Part shown: positions 47,239 through 58,347 of the stretch, one piece after another
Layout of the letters: every line of letters begins with the position of its first letter
Position numbering within the stretch: position 1 is the first letter of the stretch
Source of the DNA: Hylemonella sp.
Lineage (GTDB): Bacteria; Pseudomonadota; Gammaproteobacteria; Burkholderiales; Burkholderiaceae_C
Assembly (NCBI GenBank): GCA_036846225.1
Contig: DAIUCJ010000005.1
Coordinates: 24,745-88,744, forward strand
Length of the DNA: 64,000 nt
Reading direction: 5' to 3'
Made by a program: the position numbers and the translations under genes
The notes under the pieces: generated by a model
Told to the model about the DNA's origin: nothing
Database searches by the model: none
What the model saw: only the letters and a program-made list of their open reading frames with translations

Positions 47239-48438
47239 ATGCGCCAGATCGTCCGCGAGCTCGAAGAATCCCGTATCCGCGAAGTCGCCAATGCCGGGTT
47301 GGGACGGGACGATGTGCTGGCGTTCTGGTTCGGCGAGGGGGACGAGGTGACGCCCGAGGTGGTGCGGCAGGCGGCGATCGCGTCCTTGCAGCGTGGCGAA
47401 ACGTTCTACAGCCACAACCTGGGCCTGCCCGAGCTGCGCGCGGCCCTGGCCGAACACCTGTCCCGCCTGCATGGTCCGGTTGGGGCGGACCGCATCGCCA
47501 TCACGTCCGGCGGGGTGAATGCGCTGATGGTCGCGCAGCAGGCGCTGCTGGAGCCGGGCGACGAGGTGGTCATCGTCACGCCGGTCTGGCCCAACCTGAC
47601 GGCGCAGCCGCGCATCCTGGGCGCGCGGCTGACGGCGGTGCCGCTGCGTGCCCGCCATGGGGCGTGGACGCTGGATCTGCAGGCCCTGCTGGATGCGGTC
47701 ACGCCGGCCACCCGACTGCTGGTGCTCAATGCGCCGTCCAACCCCACGGGCTGGACGCTGACCCGCGATGAGCAGCGGGCCATTCTGGCGCATTGCCGGC
47801 GCACCGGCACCTGGATCCTGGCCGACGAGGTCTATGCCCAGCTCTACTACGAAGAGGCAGAGGGCGGCCAAGGGCGCGCCGGCCGCTGTGCGCCGAGTTT
47901 TCTCGACATCGCCGACCCCGGGGACCGGCTGATGGTGGTGGGCAGCTTTTCCAAAGCCTTCCTGATGACCGGCTGGCGCCTGGGCTGGCTGGTGGTGCCT
48001 GCCGCGGCCACGCACGATGTGGGCAAGCTGATCGAGTTCAACACGTCCTGCGCCAGCGTGTTCGTGCAGCGTGCCGCGGTGGCGGCGCTGGCGCATGCCG
48101 CCGAAATCGTGCCGCCGCTAGTGACGCACCTGAAAACCTGCCGTGACACGCTGGTGCCGCTGCTGCAGGCCGTCCCCGGGGTGGAGCTGGCCACGCCGCC
48201 GGCCGGCATGTATGCGTTTTTCCGGCTGCCCGGGCACCCGGACGGGGTGGAGACGGCCAAGCGTCTGGTGCGCGAGGCCGGGCTGGGCCTGGCGCCGGGC
48301 GAGGCTTTCGGCCCCGAATCCGCCGGCTGGCTGCGCTGGTGCTTTGCCTCGCGCCAGACCGACCGGCTGCGTCTGGGGGTCGAGCGTCTGCGCGGCTGGC
48401 TGGCCGGGCAGAGCCCGGCTATGCGGGCTGGGCTATAA
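47239..48438 (+). CDS. Pyridoxal-phosphate-dependent aminotransferase (class I/II)
   Basis: 399 aa. Y....G.PELR, NAPSNPTGW, and the PLP-lysine region VVGSFSKAFLMTGWRLGW. Confidence 0.85.
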   Translation: MRQIVRELEESRIREVANAGLGRDDVLAFWFGEGDEVTPEVVRQAAIASLQRGETFYSHNLGLPELRAALAEHLSRLHGPVGADRIAITSGGVNALMVAQQALLEPGDEVVIVTPVWPNLTAQPRILGARLTAVPLRARHGAWTLDLQALLDAVTPATRLLVLNAPSNPTGWTLTRDEQRAILAHCRRTGTWILADEVYAQLYYEEAEGGQGRAGRCAPSFLDIADPGDRLMVVGSFSKAFLMTGWRLGWLVVPAAATHDVGKLIEFNTSCASVFVQRAAVAALAHAAEIVPPLVTHLKTCRDTLVPLLQAVPGVELATPPAGMYAFFRLPGHPDGVETAKRLVREAGLGLAPGEAFGPESAGWLRWCFASRQTDRLRLGVERLRGWLAGQSPAMRAGL

Positions 48439-48559
48439 TTCAGGGGCTTTGCATAGTGCAAAGGCGCACGCCGGTCGCCCTTCCAGCTTCCGGCGCAAGT
48501 CGTAACCCGGGATCGGGCCCCTCAAGCGGGGCAGATCCCCATCCTGAGGAAAATCCATC

Positions 48560-48826
48560 ATGATCTCGTCCGCCGCCAAGGCCGAAGTCGTCAAGGCCAA
48601 CGCGCGCAGCGCCAACGACACGGGCAGCCCCGAAGTCCAGATCGCGCTGCTGACCGCTCGCATCAACGAGCTGACGCCCCATTTCAAACAGCACGTCAAG
48701 GACCACCACGGTCGTCGCGGCCTGCTGCGCCTGGTCAGCCGCCGGCGCAAGCTGCTGGACTACCTGAAGTCCAAGGACGCCGATCGCTACACCGCGTTGA
48801 TCAACAAGCTGGGTCTGCGCAAGTAA
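48560..48826 (+). CDS. rpsO: 30S ribosomal protein S15
   Basis: 88 aa: [51 protein letters not shown]. Confidence 0.95.
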   Translation: MISSAAKAEVVKANARSANDTGSPEVQIALLTARINELTPHFKQHVKDHHGRRGLLRLVSRRRKLLDYLKSKDADRYTALINKLGLRK

Positions 48827-48847
48827 GCGGTACATACAGATGAACGA

Positions 48848-48885
48848 AGGCGCCTGAGATCAGCACGCTGGCTCAGGCGCTTTTC
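48848..48885 (+). terminator. Intrinsic terminator/attenuator after rpsO
   Basis: Stem aggcgcctgag (48848-48858) / ctcaggcgctt (48872-48882), running into ttttc. Confidence 0.65.
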
Positions 48886-48920
48886 ACTTCGGAGACGGCC
48901 CCAACAGAGCGAAGCTGTGT

Positions 48921-48964
48921 CATTCCAGAGGAAATCGGTGCGGTTTCCGTCGTTCTCTGGAATG
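48921..48964 (+). promoter_or_regulatory. Long hairpin in the pnp 5' leader (candidate RNase III/autoregulation stem)
   Basis: Perfect 10-bp inverted repeat cattccagag (48921-48930) / ctctggaatg (48955-48964) with internal partial pairing, 77 nt upstream of the pnp ATG. Confidence 0.45.
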
Positions 48965-49040
48965 GCATCGTGTTCTGTGCGGCGACCTCCGGCCCCCGAA
49001 GAGGCGGCTCAGTCCTCTTCGCAACGCACAGGAGCAAACG

Positions 49041-51170
49041 ATGAGCATGTTCAACAAAGTCACCAAAACCTTCCAGTGGGGCCAGCACACGGTCACGATG
49101 GAAACCGGCGAGATCGCCCGCCAGGCCACCGGCGCCGTGCTGGTCAACATGGACGACACCGTGGTGCTGGCCACCGTGGTGGCTTCCAAGTCCGCCAAGC
49201 CGGGGCAGGATTTCTTCCCGCTGACGGTGGACTATCTCGAGAAAAGCTATGCCGCCGGCAAGATTCCGGGCAGTTTTTTCAAGCGCGAGGGGCGTCCCAG
49301 CGAATATGAGACGCTGACTTCGCGCCTGATCGACCGGCCTATCCGTCCGCTGTTTCCGGATGGCTTCTTCAACGAAGTGCAGGTGGTCGTGCACACCTTG
49401 TCGCTCAATCCGGAAGTCGATGCCGACATTCCGGCCATGATCGCCACCAGCGCGGCGCTGGCCATCTCCGGCATTCCGTTCAACGGCCCGATCGGCGCGG
49501 CGCGCGTGGGCTACATCAACGGTGAATACGTGCTCAACCCGGGGCCGACGCAGCGCGCCAACAGCCAGCTGGATCTGGTGGTGGCCGGCACCGAGGCGGC
49601 CGTGCTGATGGTGGAGTCGGAGGCGCAGCAACTGTCCGAGGAGGTGATGCTGGGCGCCGTGGTCTTTGGCCACGAGCAGGGCAACATCGCCATCAACGCC
49701 ATCCATGAGCTGGTGCGCGAGGCCGGCAAGCCGGCCTGGGATTGGCAGCCTGCGCCCAAGGACGAGGCGCTGATCGCCAAGGTCACCGCGCTGGGCGAGG
49801 AGAAGCTGCGCGCGGCCTACCAGATCCGCAACAAGCAGGCCCGCACCCAGGCCTGCCGCGAGGCCTATGCCGCCGTCAAGGCCGGTCTGGCCGAACAGGG
49901 CGTGGAGTTCGACGAAGTCAAGGTCGAAGGCCTGCTGTTCGAGATCGAGTCGCGCATCGTGCGCGGCCAGATCCTGGCCGGTGAGCCGCGGATCGACGGG
50001 CGTGACACGCGCACCGTGCGTCCGATCGAAATCCGCACCGGCGTGCTGCCGCGCACCCACGGCTCGGCGCTGTTCACCCGTGGCGAAACCCAGGCGCTGG
50101 TCATCACCACGCTGGGCACCGAGCAGGACGCGCAGCGCATCGATGCGCTGGCTGGCGAGTACAGCGAGCGCTTCATGCTGCACTACAACATGCCGCCCTT
50201 TGCCACTGGCGAGACCGGTCGCGTCGGCAGCCCCAAGCGCCGCGAGATCGGCCACGGCCGCTTGGCCAAGCGCGCGCTGGTGGCCGTGCTGCCCAGCAAG
50301 GAAGAGTTTCCTTACACGATGCGGGTGGTTTCCGAGATCACCGAATCCAACGGCTCCTCGTCGATGGCCTCGGTCTGCGGCGGCTGCCTGTCGCTGATGG
50401 ATGCGGGCGTGCCGCTGAAGGCCCATGTGGCCGGCATCGCGATGGGTCTGATCAAGGAAGGCAACCGCTTCGCGGTGCTGACCGACATCCTGGGTGACGA
50501 AGATCACCTGGGCGACATGGACTTCAAGGTGGCCGGCACCACCAACGGCATCACCGCGCTGCAGATGGACATCAAGATCCAGGGCATCACCAAGGAAATC
50601 ATGCAGGTGGCGCTGGCCCAGGCCAAGGAAGCGCGCATGCACATCCTGAGCAAGATGCAGGAGGCGGTGAGCGAGGCCAAGACCGAGGTGTCGCAGTTCG
50701 CGCCGCGCCTGTACACGATGAAGATCAACCCGGAGAAGATCCGCGACGTCATCGGCAAGGGCGGCGCCGTCATCCGCGCCCTGACTGAGGAGACCGGCAC
50801 CCAGATCGACATCGCCGAGGACGGCACGATCACCATCGCCTCGACCGACGCGGCCCGCGCCGAAGAGGCCAAAAAGCGCATCGAGGCCATCACGGCCGAG
50901 GTCGAGGTGGGCAAGGTGTACGAAGGGCCGGTCACCAAGATCCTGGACTTCGGCGCCCTGGTCAACGTGCTGCCGGGCAAGGACGGCCTGCTGCACATCA
51001 GCCAGATCGCCCACGAGCGCGTCGAGAAAGTGACCGACTATCTCTCCGAAGGCCAGATCGTCAAGGTCAAGGTGCTGGAGACCGACGACAAGGGGCGGAT
51101 CAAGCTGTCGATGAAGGCGTTGCTGGACAGGCCCGAGGCGGCCGCCCGTTCCGAGGGCGAGGGGGCCTGA
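49041..51170 (+). CDS. pnp: Polyribonucleotide nucleotidyltransferase (PNPase)
   Basis: 709 aa. Two RNase PH-like domains, a KH domain and an S1 domain ([33 protein letters not shown]). Confidence 0.95.
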   Translation: MSMFNKVTKTFQWGQHTVTMETGEIARQATGAVLVNMDDTVVLATVVASKSAKPGQDFFPLTVDYLEKSYAAGKIPGSFFKREGRPSEYETLTSRLIDRPIRPLFPDGFFNEVQVVVHTLSLNPEVDADIPAMIATSAALAISGIPFNGPIGAARVGYINGEYVLNPGPTQRANSQLDLVVAGTEAAVLMVESEAQQLSEEVMLGAVVFGHEQGNIAINAIHELVREAGKPAWDWQPAPKDEALIAKVTALGEEKLRAAYQIRNKQARTQACREAYAAVKAGLAEQGVEFDEVKVEGLLFEIESRIVRGQILAGEPRIDGRDTRTVRPIEIRTGVLPRTHGSALFTRGETQALVITTLGTEQDAQRIDALAGEYSERFMLHYNMPPFATGETGRVGSPKRREIGHGRLAKRALVAVLPSKEEFPYTMRVVSEITESNGSSSMASVCGGCLSLMDAGVPLKAHVAGIAMGLIKEGNRFAVLTDILGDEDHLGDMDFKVAGTTNGITALQMDIKIQGITKEIMQVALAQAKEARMHILSKMQEAVSEAKTEVSQFAPRLYTMKINPEKIRDVIGKGGAVIRALTEETGTQIDIAEDGTITIASTDAARAEEAKKRIEAITAEVEVGKVYEGPVTKILDFGALVNVLPGKDGLLHISQIAHERVEKVTDYLSEGQIVKVKVLETDDKGRIKLSMKALLDRPEAAARSEGEGA

Positions 51171-51237
51171 GCGGGGCTTTCCGTCCAGCGCCGTGCCGCC
51201 TGCGCGCAGGTGGCGCGGCGCTCAACCGAGGCAGAGC

Positions 51238-52251
51238 ATGAAAGCGATAGAAATCACGACTTACGGCGCGCCCGACGTGCTGCGTCTGGGTGAGCGTCCT
51301 GACCCCGTGCCCGCTGCCGGCGAACTGCTGATCCGCGTGGCCGCCAGCGGGGTCAACCGGCCGGATGTGTTTCAGCGCCAGGGCAACTACCCGGTGCCGC
51401 CCGGCGCTTCGGACATTCCGGGCCTGGAGGTGGCTGGCGAGATCGTCGGCGGCGATGCGCAGGAGCTGGCGGCCGCCGGCTTCAAGCTCGGTGACAGGGT
51501 GTGCGCGCTGGTGGCTGGCGGCGGCTATGCCGAGCTGTGCACGGCCCCGATTGCCCAGTGCCTGCCCTATCCTCGGGGTCTGAGCGATGTCGAAGCCGCT
51601 TCGCTGCCCGAGACCTTCTTCACCGTGTGGAGCAATGTGTTCGACCGCTGCCATCTGCAGCCGGGCGAGACCCTGCTGGTGCAAGGCGGCTCCAGCGGCA
51701 TCGGCGTGACCGCCATCCAGCTGGCCAAGGCCTGGGGGGCGACGGTCATCGTGACCGCCGGCAGCGACGACAAGTGCGCGGCCTGCCTGAAGCTCGGTGC
51801 CGACCATGCGATCAACTACAAGACGCAGGACTTCAAGGAAGAGGTCAAGCGCATCACCAACGGCCGCGGTGTCGATGTGATCCTGGACATGGTGGCCGGC
51901 GACTATGTGGCGCGCGAGGTCGAGAGCCTGGCCGAAGACGGCCGCATCGTCATCATCGCCGTGCAGGGGGGCACCAAGAGCAGCTTCAACGCCGGACTGG
52001 TGCTGCGCAAGCGGCTGACCATCACCGGCTCGACGCTGCGGCCGCGCCCGGTGGCTTTCAAGGCGGCCATCGCCAAGGCCTGCCGCGAGCACGTCTGGCC
52101 GCTGATCGAGGCCGGCAAGATCAAGCCGGTGATCCACAGCACTTTCAAGGCCGTCGATCCGTCCGAGCCCACGGGCAGCGGGGCGGCCAAGGCCCACGCG
52201 CTGATGGAGTCCAACCAGCACATCGGCAAGATCGTGCTGACCTGGAGCTGA
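51238..52251 (+). CDS. qor: NAD(P)H:quinone oxidoreductase (zeta-crystallin/MDR family)
   Basis: [30 protein letters not shown] and the nucleotide motif [17 protein letters not shown]. Confidence 0.8.
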   Translation: MKAIEITTYGAPDVLRLGERPDPVPAAGELLIRVAASGVNRPDVFQRQGNYPVPPGASDIPGLEVAGEIVGGDAQELAAAGFKLGDRVCALVAGGGYAELCTAPIAQCLPYPRGLSDVEAASLPETFFTVWSNVFDRCHLQPGETLLVQGGSSGIGVTAIQLAKAWGATVIVTAGSDDKCAACLKLGADHAINYKTQDFKEEVKRITNGRGVDVILDMVAGDYVAREVESLAEDGRIVIIAVQGGTKSSFNAGLVLRKRLTITGSTLRPRPVAFKAAIAKACREHVWPLIEAGKIKPVIHSTFKAVDPSEPTGSGAAKAHALMESNQHIGKIVLTWS

Positions 52252-52256
52252 AAGCC

Positions 52257-53000
52257 ATGGCCCGCAAGCTGATCGCCGGCAACTGGAAGATGAATGGCAG
52301 CCTGGCTGCCAACCAGACGCTGCTCAAGGGCATCCTGTCCGGGCTGCATAACCCGGGCTGTGACATTGCCGTCTGCGTGCCGGCTCCCTATCTGGCCCAG
52401 TGCCAGGCCCTGCTGGCCACCAGCGCCGTGGAGTTGGGGGCGCAGGATGTGTCCGCGCACGAGGCCGGCGCCTACACCGGCGAGGTGTCGGCGACCATGC
52501 TGAAGGATTTCGGTGTGCGCTACTGCCTGGTCGGGCATTCGGAGCGCCGCCAGTACCACGGAGAAACCGACGCCACGGTGGCGGCCAAAGCCCAGCGCGC
52601 GCTGGCGCACGGCATCACTCCCGTCGTCTGTGTCGGAGAGACCCTGGCCGAGCGCGAGGCGGGCAAAACCGAGGAAGTGGTCAAGCGCCAGCTGGCCGCG
52701 GTCATCCATCTGGTCGGGCACTGCGTCAGCGAAATCGTCGTGGCCTACGAGCCCGTGTGGGCCATCGGCACCGGCAAGACGGCCACGCCGGAGCAGGCGC
52801 AGGCCGTGCACGCGGTGCTGCGGGCCCAGATCAAGGCCGCCACGCCGCAGGCCGCCCGCGTCAAGCTGCTCTATGGCGGCAGCATGAACCCGGCCAATGC
52901 GGCCGCGCTGCTGGCCCAGCCCGACATCGATGGCGGGCTCATCGGCGGGGCCTCGCTCAAGGCGGCCGATTTTCTGCACATCATCGCCGCCGCGGCCTGA
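52257..53000 (+). CDS. tpiA: Triosephosphate isomerase
   Basis: [29 protein letters not shown] and GGLIGGASL. Only the last 744 nt of ORF 51501..53000 are taken as coding. Confidence 0.93.
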   Translation: MARKLIAGNWKMNGSLAANQTLLKGILSGLHNPGCDIAVCVPAPYLAQCQALLATSAVELGAQDVSAHEAGAYTGEVSATMLKDFGVRYCLVGHSERRQYHGETDATVAAKAQRALAHGITPVVCVGETLAEREAGKTEEVVKRQLAAVIHLVGHCVSEIVVAYEPVWAIGTGKTATPEQAQAVHAVLRAQIKAATPQAARVKLLYGGSMNPANAAALLAQPDIDGGLIGGASLKAADFLHIIAAAA

Positions 53001-53038
53001 GGGGGCTGCGGCGCATCGTTAGCCATTCAGGAGTCATC

Positions 53039-53434
53039 ATGAGTTTCGTCGTTTCCATTCTTCTGACGGTGCAGTTGCTGTCGGCCGTGGCCATGATCGG
53101 GCTGGTGCTGATCCAGCACGGCAAGGGCGCCGACATGGGCGCCGCATTCGGCAGCGGGGCTTCGGGCAGCCTGTTCGGTGCCAGCGGCGGCGCCAACTTC
53201 CTCTCGCGCACCACGGCGGTCCTGGCCACGGTGTTCTTTGCCTGCACGTTGCTGCTGGCCTATTTCGGCAACGCCAAGCCGGCTGCTTCGGGCAGCGTGC
53301 TGGAAGCGCCGGCCGCGGTCACGCCCGCCGTGCCCGATAGCGCGCAGCAGATTCCGGGCGGCAACACGGCGCCGGCTGCCGTGCCCGCGCCCTCGGCCCC
53401 TGCTGCCGGGGCCGCCCAGATTCCGACCAAGTGA
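53039..53434 (+). CDS. secG: Preprotein translocase subunit SecG
   Basis: LLSAVAMIGLVLIQHGKGADMGAAFGSGASGSLFGASGGANFLSRTT, with an Ala/Pro-rich tail. RBS aggag. Confidence 0.9.
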   Translation: MSFVVSILLTVQLLSAVAMIGLVLIQHGKGADMGAAFGSGASGSLFGASGGANFLSRTTAVLATVFFACTLLLAYFGNAKPAASGSVLEAPAAVTPAVPDSAQQIPGGNTAPAAVPAPSAPAAGAAQIPTK

Positions 53435-53475
53435 TGGGGATGCCGTGATGATCACGGCATCAGCAAACTGAATCG

Positions 53476-53501
53476 CTCCGCAGAGGGAGGCGGGGTCTTT
53501 T
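53476..53501 (+). terminator. Candidate intrinsic terminator after secG
   Basis: Stem ctccgc (53476-53481) / gcgggg (53490-53495, one G-U pair), an 8-nt loop, then tctttt. Confidence 0.4.
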
Positions 53502-53567
53502 CAGAGTAGAATCTGCGGCTGTTTGCTGTGCGTCGCTTGATGCGGCGCGCGGCAGATGAAGAGACAA

Positions 53568-53652
53568 GCCGTCGTGGTGGAATTGGTAGACACGCTATCT
53601 TGAGGGGGTAGTGGCGCAAGCTGTGCGAGTTCGAGTCTCGCCGACGGCACCA
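53568..53652 (+). tRNA. tRNA-Leu (anticodon GAG), with long variable arm and encoded CCA
   Basis: GCCGTCGTGGTGGAATTGGTAGACACGCTATCTTGAGGGGGTAGTGGCGCAAGCTGTGCGAGTTCGAGTCTCGCCGACGGCACCA. The acceptor stem GCCGTCG/CGACGGC pairs, the anticodon stem CTATC/GGTAG flanks the loop TTGAGGG, and a T-arm GAGTTCGAGTCTC is present. Confidence 0.9.
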
Positions 53653-53707
53653 GACAACTGACCGCCCGGGTATGGCCCGGGTGGCCCAACGGCGATCAGC
53701 AATCAAG

Positions 53708-54067
53708 ATGAGCCTCGATCAGTACCTGCCCGTTCTCCTCTTCATCTTGGTCGGCATCGCCGTCGGAATACTCCCCCAGGTGATTGGCTACGTTCTCGGT
53801 CCCAATCGCCCCGATCCCGCGAAAAACTCCCCCTACGAGTGTGGCTTCGAAGCCTTCGAAGACGCGCGCATGAAGTTCGATGTGCGCTACTACCTCGTGG
53901 CCATCCTGTTCATCCTGTTCGATCTAGAAATCGCCTTTCTGTTTCCCTGGGCCGTAGCGCTCAAGGAAGTCGGTGCGGTGGGCTTCTGGGCAGCCATGGT
54001 GTTCATCGCCATCCTGGTCGTGGGTTTCATCTACGAGTGGAAAAAGGGCGCGCTGGACTGGGAATGA
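53708..54067 (+). CDS. nuoA: NADH-quinone oxidoreductase subunit A
   Basis: [43 protein letters not shown]. Confidence 0.93.
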   Translation: MSLDQYLPVLLFILVGIAVGILPQVIGYVLGPNRPDPAKNSPYECGFEAFEDARMKFDVRYYLVAILFILFDLEIAFLFPWAVALKEVGAVGFWAAMVFIAILVVGFIYEWKKGALDWE

Positions 54068-54119
54068 GCGCCTGCGCTGCGGGCTTGAGCGGTGAGGACG
54101 GATTGCGAGGACGACAGCC

Positions 54120-54599
54120 ATGATCGAAGGCGTATTCAAGGAAGGCTTCATCACCACCAGCTACGACACCGTCGTCAACTGGGCCAAGACCGGTTCGCTG
54201 TGGCCGATGACGTTCGGACTGGCCTGCTGCGCGGTGGAAATGATGCATGCCGCCACCGCCCGCTACGACCTGGCGCGGTTCGGGGCTGAGGTGTTTCGCG
54301 CCAGTCCGCGCCAGTCCGACCTGATGATCGTGGCTGGCACGCTGTGCAACAAGATGGCCCCGGCGCTGCGCAAGGTCTATGACCAGATGAGCGAGCCGCG
54401 TTACGTGATTTCCATGGGCTCGTGCGCCAACGGCGGCGGCTACTACCACTACAGCTACTCCGTCGTGCGCGGCTGCGACCGCATCGTGCCGGTCGATGTG
54501 TACGTGCCGGGCTGCCCGCCCACGGCCGAGGCGCTGATCTACGGGATCATCCAGCTGCAGCAGAAGATCCGGCGCACCCAGACCATCGCCCGCGTCTGA
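54120..54599 (+). CDS. nuoB: NADH-quinone oxidoreductase subunit B
   Basis: [27 protein letters not shown] and VPGCPP (N2 cluster ligands). Confidence 0.95.
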   Translation: MIEGVFKEGFITTSYDTVVNWAKTGSLWPMTFGLACCAVEMMHAATARYDLARFGAEVFRASPRQSDLMIVAGTLCNKMAPALRKVYDQMSEPRYVISMGSCANGGGYYHYSYSVVRGCDRIVPVDVYVPGCPPTAEALIYGIIQLQQKIRRTQTIARV

Positions 54600-54611
54600 A
54601 GGATACCTCCG

Positions 54612-55220
54612 ATGGCCGTCATACCCGTCTCCCCCGAAGCTCTGAAAGACACCGTCGCCGCCGCTTTGGGTGGCAAGGCGCGGCGCATCGAGGTGCGCCT
54701 GGGCGAGGTCACCGTCGAGGTGGCCGCCAGCGACTACCACGAGGCGGCGCGGCTGCTGCGCGATGCACCCGGCTGCCGGTTCGAGCAGCTGATCGATCTG
54801 TGCGGTGTCGATTACTCCACCTACGGCGATGGGGCCTGGGAGAGGGAGCGCTTTGCCGTCGTCGTGCACCTGCTGTCGGTCAGCCTGAACCAGCGCCTGC
54901 GGCTGCGCGTCTTCGCGCCCGATGACCAGTTTCCGGTGCTGCCCACGGTAACCGACATCTGGAGTTCGGCCAACTGGTACGAGCGCGAGGCTTTCGATCT
55001 CTTCGGCATCGTCTTCGAAGGACACGAGGACCTGCGCCGCATCCTGACCGACTATGGCTTCATCGGGCATCCGTTCCGCAAGGATTTTCCGCTGTCGGGC
55101 CACGTCGAAATGCGCTACGACGCCGAGTTGAGGCGCGTGGTCTATCAGCCGGTGACCATCGAGCCGCGCGAGATCACGCCGCGCGTCATCCGCGAAGACG
55201 GCTACGGCGGCTTGAACTGA
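54612..55220 (+). CDS. nuoC: NADH-quinone oxidoreductase subunit C
   Basis: [25 protein letters not shown]. Confidence 0.93.
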   Translation: MAVIPVSPEALKDTVAAALGGKARRIEVRLGEVTVEVAASDYHEAARLLRDAPGCRFEQLIDLCGVDYSTYGDGAWERERFAVVVHLLSVSLNQRLRLRVFAPDDQFPVLPTVTDIWSSANWYEREAFDLFGIVFEGHEDLRRILTDYGFIGHPFRKDFPLSGHVEMRYDAELRRVVYQPVTIEPREITPRVIREDGYGGLN

Positions 55221-55234
55221 GGCAGGTTTGCAAC

Positions 55235-56488
55235 ATGGCTGAGATCAAGAACTACACGCTGAACTTCGGGCCGCAGCATCCGGCCGCACACGGCGTGCTG
55301 CGGCTGGTGCTGGAACTCGACGGCGAAGTGGTGCAGCGTGCCGATCCCCACATCGGTCTGCTGCATCGCGCCACCGAGAAGCTGGCCGAGCACAAGACCT
55401 ACATCCAGTCGCTGCCCTACATGGACCGGCTGGACTACGTGTCGATGATGTGCAACGAGCAGGCCTACTGCCTGGCCATCGAGAAGATGCTGGGCATCGA
55501 GGTGCCGTTGCGCGCCAAGTACATCCGCACGATGTTTGCCGAGATCACCCGGCTGCTCAACCATCTGATGTGGCTGGGCTCGCATGGCAACGACTGCGGC
55601 AGCTCCACCATCCTGATCTACTGCTTCCGCGAGCGCGAGGACCTGTTCGATATGTACGAGGCGGTCTCGGGCGCGCGCATGCACGCGGCCTATTTCCGGC
55701 CGGGCGGCGTCTATCGCGACCTGCCGGACACGATGCCGCAGCACAAGCCGAGCAAGGTGCGCAGCGCCAAGTCGCTGCAGGCCATCAACGCCAACCGCCA
55801 GGGTTCGCTGCTGGATTTCATCGACGACTTCACCCAGCGCTTTCCCAAGTACGTCGATGAATACGAAACGCTGCTGACCGACAACCGCATCTGGAAGCAG
55901 CGTACCGTGGGCATCGGCGTCGTCTCGCCCGAGCGCGCGCTCAATCTGGGCATGACCGGTCCGATGCTGCGCGGCTCCGGCATCGCCTGGGACCTGCGCA
56001 AGGCGCAGCCTTACGACGCCTACGACCGGGTCGAGTTCGACATCCCGGTGGGCAAGACCGGCGACAGCTACGACCGCTACCTGGTGCGCGTGCAGGAGAT
56101 GCGCGAGTCCAACCGCATCATCAAGCAGTGCGTGGACTGGCTGCGCGCCAATCCGGGGCCGGTGATCACCGACAACCACAAGGTGGCGCCGCCCAGCCGC
56201 GAGGCCATGAAGTCCAACATGGAAGAGCTGATCCACCACTTCAAGCTCTTTACCGAAGGCTTCCGCGTGCCCGAAGGCGAGGCCTATGCGGCGGTGGAGC
56301 ACCCCAAAGGCGAATTCGGCATTTACATCGTCAGCGATGGAGCCAACAAGCCCTACCGGCTGAAGATCCGCGCGCCGGGGTTTGCGCACCTGTCCACGCT
56401 GGATGAGCTGGCCCGCGGCCACATGCTGGCCGACGCGGTGGCCATTATCGGCACGCTCGATATCGTGTTCGGAGAAATAGACCGATGA
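55235..56488 (+). CDS. nuoD: NADH-quinone oxidoreductase subunit D
   Basis: [22 protein letters not shown] and the [10 protein letters not shown]-terminus. Confidence 0.95.
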   Translation: MAEIKNYTLNFGPQHPAAHGVLRLVLELDGEVVQRADPHIGLLHRATEKLAEHKTYIQSLPYMDRLDYVSMMCNEQAYCLAIEKMLGIEVPLRAKYIRTMFAEITRLLNHLMWLGSHGNDCGSSTILIYCFREREDLFDMYEAVSGARMHAAYFRPGGVYRDLPDTMPQHKPSKVRSAKSLQAINANRQGSLLDFIDDFTQRFPKYVDEYETLLTDNRIWKQRTVGIGVVSPERALNLGMTGPMLRGSGIAWDLRKAQPYDAYDRVEFDIPVGKTGDSYDRYLVRVQEMRESNRIIKQCVDWLRANPGPVITDNHKVAPPSREAMKSNMEELIHHFKLFTEGFRVPEGEAYAAVEHPKGEFGIYIVSDGANKPYRLKIRAPGFAHLSTLDELARGHMLADAVAIIGTLDIVFGEIDR

Positions 56489-56973
56489 TCTCGGAAGCCA
56501 TGAAGGCCCGCTTCGCCCGGGAAGTGGCCAAGTATCCGGCCGACCAGAAGCAGTCGGCCGTGATGGCCTGTCTGGCCATCGTGCAGCAGGAGCTGGGCTA
56601 CGTCAGCACCGACAGCGAGGCCGCCGTCGCCGAGTACCTCGGCATGCCGCCGATGGCCGTGCACGAGGTCACGACCTTCTACAACATGTACAACCAGCGG
56701 CCGGTGGGTAAGTTCAAGCTCAACGTCTGCACCAATCTGCCCTGCCAGCTGCGCGACGGCCAGAAAGCCCTGCAGCATCTGGCGCAGAAGCTGGGCATTG
56801 CGGTCGGGGACACCACGCCCGATGGGCTGTTCACGCTGCAGCAGAGCGAGTGCCTGGGGGCCTGCGCCGATGCGCCGGTGATGCTGGTCAACGACCGCAC
56901 CATGTGCAGCTTCATGAGCAACGACAAACTCGACCGCCTGATCGACGGTCTGCGCGCGCAAGGGGGGCAGTGA
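56485..56973 (+). CDS. nuoE: NADH-quinone oxidoreductase subunit E
   Basis: 2Fe-2S ligand pattern VCTNLPC ... [10 protein letters not shown]. Confidence 0.93.
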   Translation: MISEAMKARFAREVAKYPADQKQSAVMACLAIVQQELGYVSTDSEAAVAEYLGMPPMAVHEVTTFYNMYNQRPVGKFKLNVCTNLPCQLRDGQKALQHLAQKLGIAVGDTTPDGLFTLQQSECLGACADAPVMLVNDRTMCSFMSNDKLDRLIDGLRAQGGQ

Positions 56974-58325
56974 TGTCGGTCGAGCAATTCCTGGCGCAGT
57001 TCGCCGCCACCGGCGAACAGAGCTGTTTTCATGGCCGCCACATCCAGCCCCAGATCTATGCCGGGCTGGATGGCCGCAACTGGCGGCTGAAGGATTACGA
57101 AGCCCGTGGCGGCTACCAGGCCCTGCGCAAGATCCTGGGCAAGGACGGCGGCGAGGGCATGAGCCCGGATCAGGTAATTGCCACCGTCAAGGAGTCGGCC
57201 CTGCGCGGCCGCGGCGGAGCCGGCTTTCCCACGGGCCTGAAGTGGAGCTTCATGCCGCGCCAGTTTCCGGGGCAGAAGTACCTGGTGTGCAACTCCGACG
57301 AGGGCGAGCCGGGCACCTGCAAGGACCGCGACATCCTGATGTACAACCCGCACATCGTGATCGAGGGCATGGCCATCGCTGCCTATGCGATGGGCATCAC
57401 GGTGGGCTACAACTACATCCACGGCGAAATCTTCCAGGTCTATGAGCGCTTCGAAGAGGCGCTGGAAGAAGCCCGCCAGGCCGGCTATCTGGGCCCCAAC
57501 ATCCTGGGCAGCGGCTTCAGTTTCCAGCTGCACGCCCACCACGGGTTTGGCGCCTACATCTGCGGCGAAGAGACCGCGCTGCTGGAATCGCTGGAAGGCA
57601 AGAAGGGCCAGCCGCGCTTCAAGCCGCCGTTTCCAGCCAGTTTCGGCTTGTATGGCAAGCCCACGACGATCAACAACACCGAGACCTTTGCCGCAGTGCC
57701 CTGGATCATCCGCTACGGTGGCCAGGCTTATCTGGAAGTCGGCAAGCCCAACAACGGCGGCACCAAGATCTTCTCGGTCAGTGGCGACGTGGAGCGCCCG
57801 GGCAATTACGAGATTCCGATGGGCACCCCTTTTGCCAGGCTGCTGGAGCTGGCCGGCGGCGTGCGTGGCGGCCGCCGGCTCAAGGCGGTGATTCCCGGTG
57901 GCTCCTCGGCGCCGGTGCTGCCGGCGCACATCATGATGGAGTGCACGATGGACTACGACTCCATCGCCAAGGCTGGCTCCATGCTGGGTTCGGGCGCCGT
58001 CATCGTGATGGACGAGACCCGCTGCATGGTCAAGTCGCTGCAGCGCCTGAGCTATTTCTACATGCACGAATCCTGCGGCCAGTGCACGCCCTGCCGCGAG
58101 GGCACGGGCTGGCTGTCGCGCGTGGTCGATCGCATCGAGCATGGCCAGGGGCGACCGGAGGATCTGGATCTGCTGGACAACGTGGCCGAAAACATCCAGG
58201 GCCGCACGATCTGTGCGCTGGGGGACGCGGCGGCCATGCCGGTGCGCGCGATGATCAAGCACTTCCGCCCCGAATTCGAGTACCACGTGGCCCACAAGAC
58301 CTGCATGGTCCCGGCCTATGTCTGA
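56973..58325 (+). CDS. nuoF: NADH-quinone oxidoreductase subunit F
   Basis: [23 protein letters not shown] and [12 protein letters not shown]. The ATG overlaps the nuoE stop. Confidence 0.95.
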   Translation: MSVEQFLAQFAATGEQSCFHGRHIQPQIYAGLDGRNWRLKDYEARGGYQALRKILGKDGGEGMSPDQVIATVKESALRGRGGAGFPTGLKWSFMPRQFPGQKYLVCNSDEGEPGTCKDRDILMYNPHIVIEGMAIAAYAMGITVGYNYIHGEIFQVYERFEEALEEARQAGYLGPNILGSGFSFQLHAHHGFGAYICGEETALLESLEGKKGQPRFKPPFPASFGLYGKPTTINNTETFAAVPWIIRYGGQAYLEVGKPNNGGTKIFSVSGDVERPGNYEIPMGTPFARLLELAGGVRGGRRLKAVIPGGSSAPVLPAHIMMECTMDYDSIAKAGSMLGSGAVIVMDETRCMVKSLQRLSYFYMHESCGQCTPCREGTGWLSRVVDRIEHGQGRPEDLDLLDNVAENIQGRTICALGDAAAMPVRAMIKHFRPEFEYHVAHKTCMVPAYV

Positions 58326-58347
58326 GCCCCTATCCCGAGTACACGAC

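Noticed and set aside
48873-51014. 713-aa minus-strand ORF opposite pnp
   Set aside because: It is antisense to an unmistakable PNPase gene and has no motifs.
51501-53434. Long N-terminal extensions of tpiA (from 51501) and secG (from 52400), plus antisense ORF 51903..52979
   Set aside because: The extensions overlap the qor and tpiA coding regions in other frames and are Arg/Gly/Pro-rich. The conserved protein starts ([14 protein letters not shown] and MSFVVSILL) have their own ATG codons, and secG also has an aggag RBS.
53507-53512. TAGAAT as the -10 box of a tRNA-Leu promoter
   Set aside because: No acceptable -35 element sits at 17 +/- 1 bp upstream (the sequence there is agggag). The tRNA may simply be co-transcribed with secG.
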